Shown here one piece after another: positions 59,519-64,000 of a DNA stretch of 64,000 bases. The stretch is from the NCBI GenBank assembly GCA_910585955.1, contig CAJUGC010000007.1, positions 6,320 to 70,319 on the forward strand, written 5' to 3'. The notes beneath the pieces were generated by a model. The model was not told the DNA's origin, made no database searches, and worked only from the letters and a program-made list of their open reading frames with translations. Source of the stretch: an uncultured Christensenella sp. (GTDB lineage Bacteria > Bacillota > Clostridia > Christensenellales > Pumilibacteraceae). A program made the translations under genes and the position numbers. How positions within the stretch are numbered: position 1 is the stretch's first letter; each line of letters begins with the position of its first letter.

Positions 59519-60112
59519 TCAGATATCGGTTGCGTCCGCCTTTACCTTAGGCGTTTCGGAGAACATCTCCTCCTCGTCCGCGACCTGTTCCTCTTCCTCG
59601 AACATTGCGAGAAGCGCGTTGTCTTGCTCGTTCATGCCGTAAATAGTCTGATTTACGTCGTACGCCTCTTCTATGCCTTTAAACGTCTCGTCCGCAGACG
59701 TCAGCACATCCTCTGCGGCGACTCTCGTATTCAGCGTCTTATTGAGGAACTTCGCAAGTCCTTTCTGATCGGCAAGGAGATTCCCGAGCGACGCTTTCGA
59801 CGTGTTTTTGAAAAACTTGTTGTCGTCTATGGCGTTTTTGAGTTTTTGAAGCATTTGGATATTGTACATTATGTACATATCGCGTTGCACGCTCTGTTCA
59901 CGTTCGGCTTTTAAGGCATTTATCTTTTTAGCGTACAAAAGTTTAAGACTTTTATCCTTTTCGGCTTTGCCCTTAGCCATCATGTCGTCAATCTGCTTCT
60001 GACCGGAAAGAAGCCCGTCCTCGATTTCTTTGGACTGCTGTTCGAGCTCGCAAATAGCCTTTACGACTTCTTCACGCGTCAACTTATCGTATTTGCTTTT
60101 AAAAGGCCACAT
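59519..60112 (-). CDS. ESCRT-III-superfamily protein, Snf7/CHMP4-like
   Basis: 197 aa. It starts MWPFKSK (yeast Snf7 starts MWSSLFGW). EEVVKAICELEQQSKEIE...GKAEKDKSLKLLYAKKINALKAEREQ follows the Snf7 alpha1-alpha2 hairpin pattern (AI..L.....L.kk......a....gnk..A...LkkKK..E.q). The C-terminal tail is acidic (EEEEQVADEEE). Confidence 0.55.
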   Translation of the reverse strand: MWPFKSKYDKLTREEVVKAICELEQQSKEIEDGLLSGQKQIDDMMAKGKAEKDKSLKLLYAKKINALKAEREQSVQRDMYIMYNIQMLQKLKNAIDDNKFFKNTSKASLGNLLADQKGLAKFLNKTLNTRVAAEDVLTSADETFKGIEEAYDVNQTIYGMNEQDNALLAMFEEEEQVADEEEMFSETPKVKADATDI

Positions 60113-60123
60113 AATTCCTCCGC

Positions 60124-60450
60124 CTATATCTTAGCGTTTCTGTCTGCTAACGTGAGCTTTATCTGCGTCAACAGATTTTCGGCCTTCTTGGTAGTCTCGC
60201 CGTCGCCTTTCGTGAGAGCTATACGCATATCGCCTATAAGGTCTCTGATTTTCTTATCGCAAGACTGGACTTCTTTCGTCTCGGTTGCTATAAGATACTT
60301 TAGCTTTTCTTGAAGCTCTTTGAGCTGATCTGTCAAATATTCGTTACCGTCCGCAAGAACCAAAAGAGCTTCGATCGCCTTATTGTTCTGCTCGACGAGT
60401 TCCTTGTCTTCGCGCGTCTTTTCCGACGCTTTCTTTTTAAAGAAAAACAT
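60124..60450 (-). CDS. Small (108 aa) all-helical protein of unknown function within the ESCRT-III-like operon
   Basis: An AAGGAG RBS lies 7 nt upstream. The gene sits 12 nt after the SPFH gene and 11 nt before the Snf7-like gene. It is charged and helical (KELVEQNNKAIEALLVLADGNEYLTDQLKELQEKLKYL...). Confidence 0.65.
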   Translation of the reverse strand: MFFFKKKASEKTREDKELVEQNNKAIEALLVLADGNEYLTDQLKELQEKLKYLIATETKEVQSCDKKIRDLIGDMRIALTKGDGETTKKAENLLTQIKLTLADRNAKI

Positions 60451-60462
60451 ATTTTCGCTCCT

Positions 60463-61521
60463 TTACTTTAATTTGTTTCCGCAGGTTGCGCAGAACATTG
60501 CGTCGGCTTCGTTGTTGCTCCCGCACTTGGGGCAAGCGGTCTTTTCTTTCACGAGCCTGTTGCCGCAATTAGGACAGAATATAGCGGCCGCAGTATAGGG
60601 CTTTCCGCAATTCGAGCAAAAAAGCGACGCGCCCGACGGTATGCCTGCCGCACCGGCGCCCACACCGACGACCGGCGCATGACCTATGACTTTCAAAACG
60701 TCGTAATACGCGTTCTTGTCCTGAAGCTCGAGTTGACGCAAATACTTATCGCGCTCCCATTGCTTGTCGTCGAGACGTTCGATCTCCGCAAGATATTCTT
60801 TAAGCTTCTTTTCTCGTTCTTCCTTGAGTCGCTTTTCGGCAGCTGCGTTTTCCACAGCCGCTTTGTCGCTCGCGTCTATTCCCACCCACTCGATTATGAA
60901 GTCGGTGAGACCAACGCCCCAACTCTTTTCAAATTTAGGCGAAAGTATGCCGCCGACTGTTATACCGATGTCCTTTTTATGCGCGTCGAACTGATCGTAT
61001 GTAAGCTTTCTTTCGGCAACGGCTTTCAGAAATGCGTCCGAAAACTCGTTTACCACTTCAGCCGAAAAGCGGGTTTGGAAATCATCCTTGTCGAACTCGC
61101 GGCGAACGCCTACTACTTTACGGAAAAACTGTTCGGGATTTGCTATCGTCACACCGAACTGACCGCGCGCACCGATGTTGACAACATGGTTGCTCGCTTC
61201 ATCCCTGTAGGTAAAACGTTGCGGCGTGCCCCAGAATACGATGAGACTGCAATCTTTGGGCATATAGATTACGTCAACCGAAAAGCCTTTCTTCCAAGCT
61301 TTTATTTCCTTACGATCGTCAAACACGTCGTAAGCTCCGCTCTTGTAAAAACGCGCGTCTCCGCCGCCCTTTATTATATATGCGTTGTGCGTATAGGGCA
61401 CTTCTATCATCGCGTGTTTGTCTCTTATCTCATCCGCCACGCGAACAAAGAGCACGCTGTTATCGTTTATGTCGGCATTGCAATGATTCTGCTCGAACTT
61501 GACAATCTGCGGTTTTCCCAT
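60463..61521 (-). CDS. SPFH-superfamily protein of the YdjI ('virion core protein-like', COG4260) type with a C-terminal double zinc ribbon
   Basis: 352 aa. The N-terminal 230 aa (…YIIKGGGDARFYKSGAYDV…VFWGTPQRFTYRD…VNIGARGQFGVTIANPEQFFRKVVG…WGVGLTDFIIEWVGIDAS) resemble YdjI-type SPFH domains. A coiled coil follows (KRLKEEREKKLKEYLAEIERL). The C-terminus is CSNCG..CPNCG...CPKCG..CATCG, four CxxC pairs. Confidence 0.7.
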   Translation of the reverse strand: MGKPQIVKFEQNHCNADINDNSVLFVRVADEIRDKHAMIEVPYTHNAYIIKGGGDARFYKSGAYDVFDDRKEIKAWKKGFSVDVIYMPKDCSLIVFWGTPQRFTYRDEASNHVVNIGARGQFGVTIANPEQFFRKVVGVRREFDKDDFQTRFSAEVVNEFSDAFLKAVAERKLTYDQFDAHKKDIGITVGGILSPKFEKSWGVGLTDFIIEWVGIDASDKAAVENAAAEKRLKEEREKKLKEYLAEIERLDDKQWERDKYLRQLELQDKNAYYDVLKVIGHAPVVGVGAGAAGIPSGASLFCSNCGKPYTAAAIFCPNCGNRLVKEKTACPKCGSNNEADAMFCATCGNKLK

Positions 61522-61589
61522 AAATATAATCTCCTTAAAGGTTGTTTACAATTACTATACGATATAGCATAATTTTTACTGTTACTAAC

Positions 61590-61618
61590 ATTATAATAGA
61601 TTTTTCGGAAATAGTCAA
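61590..61618 (-). promoter_or_regulatory. Sigma-70-type promoter of the SPFH / ESCRT-III-like / AAA / protease operon
   Basis: On the minus strand: TTGACT (61618-61613), a 17-nt spacer, then TATAAT (61595-61590), about 70 nt upstream of the SPFH ATG. Confidence 0.5.
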
Positions 61619-61873
61619 GAACGTAGAGATTAGAAGTAGATTAAAAAGGGAAAAATTGTTCCACTAAAACGATCGTCTTTTTTTCGCTTTCATTGAATAA
61701 ATCAAACTGTTTTGACCGAATTGCCCACGCTTACCTGTTTGCCTTTTCTGTTTACGCCGTCGGGACGAAATGCGCCGTCTTAATGAATATAAGCAAAAAC
61801 ACGTTTAGCAAAAACGACGAAACGAAAAGCGCCTGAATTCAATCAAGCGCTTTTATCATAACGATTTCGGAAA

Positions 61874-62311
61874 TTATAAATAGTGTTTCATCTCGTCGAG
61901 ATTCTTTTGTTCGATACATTTCAGTCTATAAGCGAGATTCACCGCGTCGTCATCGCAACTTTCGCAGTTTTTAAGCTGTTTCGTCACGTCGATTATTCCC
62001 ATTGTACTACCTTGCACTACCATCTCCGCAATGTGCTCGTTCGACTTATCCATTAGCATTTTCACGTTTATCATCGCACGGGCGCATATTCCCGTAAACT
62101 TGTCATCGGAAGGCTGTTCGCCTAATATCGCGAGTTTGTCCTTTGCCTGACGCTCGATATGGCGATATTCGGCAACTTGAGATTCCAAAGTCGCCTTAAG
62201 CCTTTCGTCTTTTACGTCGGAAAGAACGGTTTCGAGATTGTCCGCTCCCATTTTGGCATTTTTGCCTAAGTACTTTAAAAGTTGCGTATTCTTTTCTTTG
62301 TCGCCGTTCAT
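61874..62311 (-). CDS. Hypothetical helical protein (possible four-helix bundle)
   Basis: I place the start at MNGDKEKNTQLLKYLGKNAKMG (ATG 62309-62311, GAGGAG 8 nt upstream). 145 aa, helical. No recognised catalytic motif. Confidence 0.6.
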   Translation of the reverse strand: MNGDKEKNTQLLKYLGKNAKMGADNLETVLSDVKDERLKATLESQVAEYRHIERQAKDKLAILGEQPSDDKFTGICARAMINVKMLMDKSNEHIAEMVVQGSTMGIIDVTKQLKNCESCDDDAVNLAYRLKCIEQKNLDEMKHYL

Positions 62312-62443
62312 GATACATTTCTCCTCGAATATATTATGCATGACAAAGACAATAGTTATGCGCGGCATTTTGTCGACGGCAAACTTTTTTGTTGATTTTT
62401 ACCGTCTTATGATGTATAATACCTAAAAGCGGAGGAGCGTTAC

Positions 62444-63244
62444 TTGAAGATAACCAAACGCGACATCATCATAGGAGTTCTGTTTTTGACTGCGTGCGCA
62501 ACATTTTTCGTACTCGGGCTGGACTTCGTTCGCCTTTCCGAAAACGACGCGACAAACGAACTTTTCAAAGGCGCCCTCTCCCGCGGCATTGCCTGTCTGC
62601 CTCTTATAGCTATAGTCATACTTTTGAAAAGCGGCAAAATATTCTACTCGCACAATCGACCGCTCTGTAAAGCTCTCCTATGGTGCTTACCCGCGTTTTT
62701 CGTAGCCGTCGTAAATTTCCCATTCTCCGCGCTGATATCGGGAGTAGCGAAAATCACCAAGCTCGAACTTCTGCCGGCGTTTATTCTCGAATGTCTTGCA
62801 ATCGGGGCAATGGAAGAACTTATATTTCGCGGACTGTTTCAGCCGATATTTCTCGACGCGTTCAAGGACAAAAAGTACGGCGTAACAATTTCCGTCGCCG
62901 TAAACTCCGCGCTGTTCGGATTGTGGCATCTCTCGAATCTCTTTGCAGGCGCGTCGCTTTTCCCCACCCTTCTCCAAGTGTGCTACAGCTTTCTCATAGG
63001 CGCAATGCTGTCCGCGGTATTCATTCGAGTAGGAAATATTTTTCCCTGTATACTGCTTCACGCAGTCTTTAATTTCGGCGGATTTTTTGTTCCCACGCTT
63101 GGCAGCGGACTTTTTCAGGACACGATATTCTGGGCGCTTACGGCAGTTGTAGGCGCACTTTGCACCGTACACGTTGTTCTCTATCTTTTCCGCAGAGACA
63201 AGGACAAGAATAAAGAACCGAACGAAAGCAAAGAAAAAGAATGA
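62444..63244 (+). CDS. CPBP-family (CAAX/Abi) intramembrane glutamic protease
   Basis: 266 aa with a TTG start preceded by GGAGGAG. It is polytopic, with the signature motifs EELIFRG, FGLWHL and LLHAVFN. Confidence 0.85.
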   Translation: MKITKRDIIIGVLFLTACATFFVLGLDFVRLSENDATNELFKGALSRGIACLPLIAIVILLKSGKIFYSHNRPLCKALLWCLPAFFVAVVNFPFSALISGVAKITKLELLPAFILECLAIGAMEELIFRGLFQPIFLDAFKDKKYGVTISVAVNSALFGLWHLSNLFAGASLFPTLLQVCYSFLIGAMLSAVFIRVGNIFPCILLHAVFNFGGFFVPTLGSGLFQDTIFWALTAVVGALCTVHVVLYLFRRDKDKNKEPNESKEKE

Positions 63245-63285
63245 TCTCTTCAAGCACCGCTCCCCACCGACAAACATAAGTCATA

Positions 63286-63335
63286 GTAAAAAACAGCCGT
63301 CGCATCTATCGAGACCGACGGCTGTTGTTTTATTT
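63286..63335. terminator. Bidirectional Rho-independent terminator (CPBP gene / ppdK convergent)
   Basis: aacagccgtcg / 13-nt loop / cgacggctgtt is a perfect 11-bp stem, flanked by an A-run upstream and gttttatttta downstream. Confidence 0.7.
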
Positions 63336-63360
63336 TATGATTTTATTTTCCGATTTACGC

Positions 63361-64000
63361 TTACTTACGAGGCGAGCGAATATTGGCTTGCGCTGCGGAG
63401 AGGCGAGCTATGGGCACGCGATAAGGCGAGCAGGAAACGTACGAAAGACCGATCTTATGGCAGAACTCTATCGACGAAGGATCGCCGCCGTGTTCGCCGC
63501 AGATACCGCAGTGAAGATCTTTTCTCGTCTTTCTTCCGAGCTCGACAGCCATTTCCATGAGCTTGCCTACGCCTATCGTATCGAGACGTGCGAACGGATC
63601 GGACTCGTAGATCTTGTTTGCGTAGTACGAAGGAAGGAACTTGCCTGCGTCGTCTCTCGAGAAGCCGAAAGTCATCTGCGTCAAGTCGTTCGTACCGAAG
63701 CAGAAGAACTCCGCTTCCTTTGCAATCTCGTCGGCAGTGAGAGCCGCACGCGGAATCTCGATCATCGTGCCGACCTCGTACTTAAGCTCTACGCCCGACT
63801 TCTTGATGATTTCGTCGGCGGTCTTGACGACGATGTCTTTAACGAACTTCATTTCCTTGGTTTCGCCCGTAAGAGGGATCATGATTTCGGGCACGACTTT
63901 CCAATTCTTATGCTTCTTCTGAACGGCTATTGCAGCCTTTATGACTGCGCTCGTCTGCATGACTGCTATCTCGGGATATGTTACCGTAAGGCGGCAGCCG
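63361..64000 (-). CDS. ppdK: Pyruvate, phosphate dikinase, C-terminal part (5' end lies outside the window)
   Basis: The frame stays open to base 64000 (…LTVTYPEIAVMQTSAV…). MIEIPRAAL, FFCFGTNDLTQMTFGFSRDD and CGICGEHGGDPSSIEFC are the PEP-utilising TIM-barrel signatures of PPDK. Confidence 0.92.
   Translation of the reverse strand, partial: GCRLTVTYPEIAVMQTSAVIKAAIAVQKKHKNWKVVPEIMIPLTGETKEMKFVKDIVVKTADEIIKKSGVELKYEVGTMIEIPRAALTADEIAKEAEFFCFGTNDLTQMTFGFSRDDAGKFLPSYYANKIYESDPFARLDTIGVGKLMEMAVELGRKTRKDLHCGICGEHGGDPSSIEFCHKIGLSYVSCSPYRVPIARLSAAQANIRSPRK

Overview
This 64 kb window looks like a Bacillota or Clostridia-type chromosome, judging by AGGAGG-type ribosome-binding sites (RBS), a V-type ATPase operon, the sua5/LMW-PTP/rpiB block and a single-chain glyQS. 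That taxonomic placement is inference only. Almost everything is coded on the minus strand. Housekeeping genes I recognise are purA, pyrG, hom, coaX, glyQS, a gpsA-like gene, a nine-gene ntp (V/A-type ATPase) operon, rpiB, sua5/tsaC, ppa, an ABC exporter and the 3' end of ppdK. Three things stand out. (1) A six-gene minus-strand operon at about 55.8-61.6 kb has its own promoter. It encodes a YdjI-type SPFH protein with a C-terminal double zinc ribbon, a small helical protein, and two roughly 190-aa helical proteins. By eye one resembles Snf7/CHMP4 and the other CHMP2/3, and the latter ends in a MIM1-like motif (MIT-interacting motif). The operon continues with a 699-aa ATPase built as an MIT-like N-terminus (MIT = ESCRT-III-binding three-helix bundle), a SpoVK/CbbX-type AAA domain and a Vps4/FtsH-type AAA domain. 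It ends with a zinc-ribbon trypsin-like protease. I read this as a candidate bacterial ESCRT-III/Vps4-like membrane-remodelling module, and it is my top candidate for the undescribed system. (2) A single uninterrupted 18,951-nt gene (6316 aa) encodes a YDG/MBG-repeat surface protein. It appears translationally linked to a coiled-coil membrane protein, and a second 1043-aa Ig-like surface protein lies nearby. (3) Smaller oddities: an orphan RnlA/LsoA-like HEPN (RNase-type domain) protein abutting pyrG, and a monocistronic 65-aa protein that is 25% cysteine and sits behind a roughly 340-nt leader. A family of hairpin-forming intergenic repeats sits between genes, including inside the V-ATPase operon, and the LMW-PTP carries a long low-complexity N-terminal extension. 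I found no rRNA, tRNA, CRISPR array, transposase or integrase. All functional calls rest on by-eye motif recognition and have not been checked against any database.
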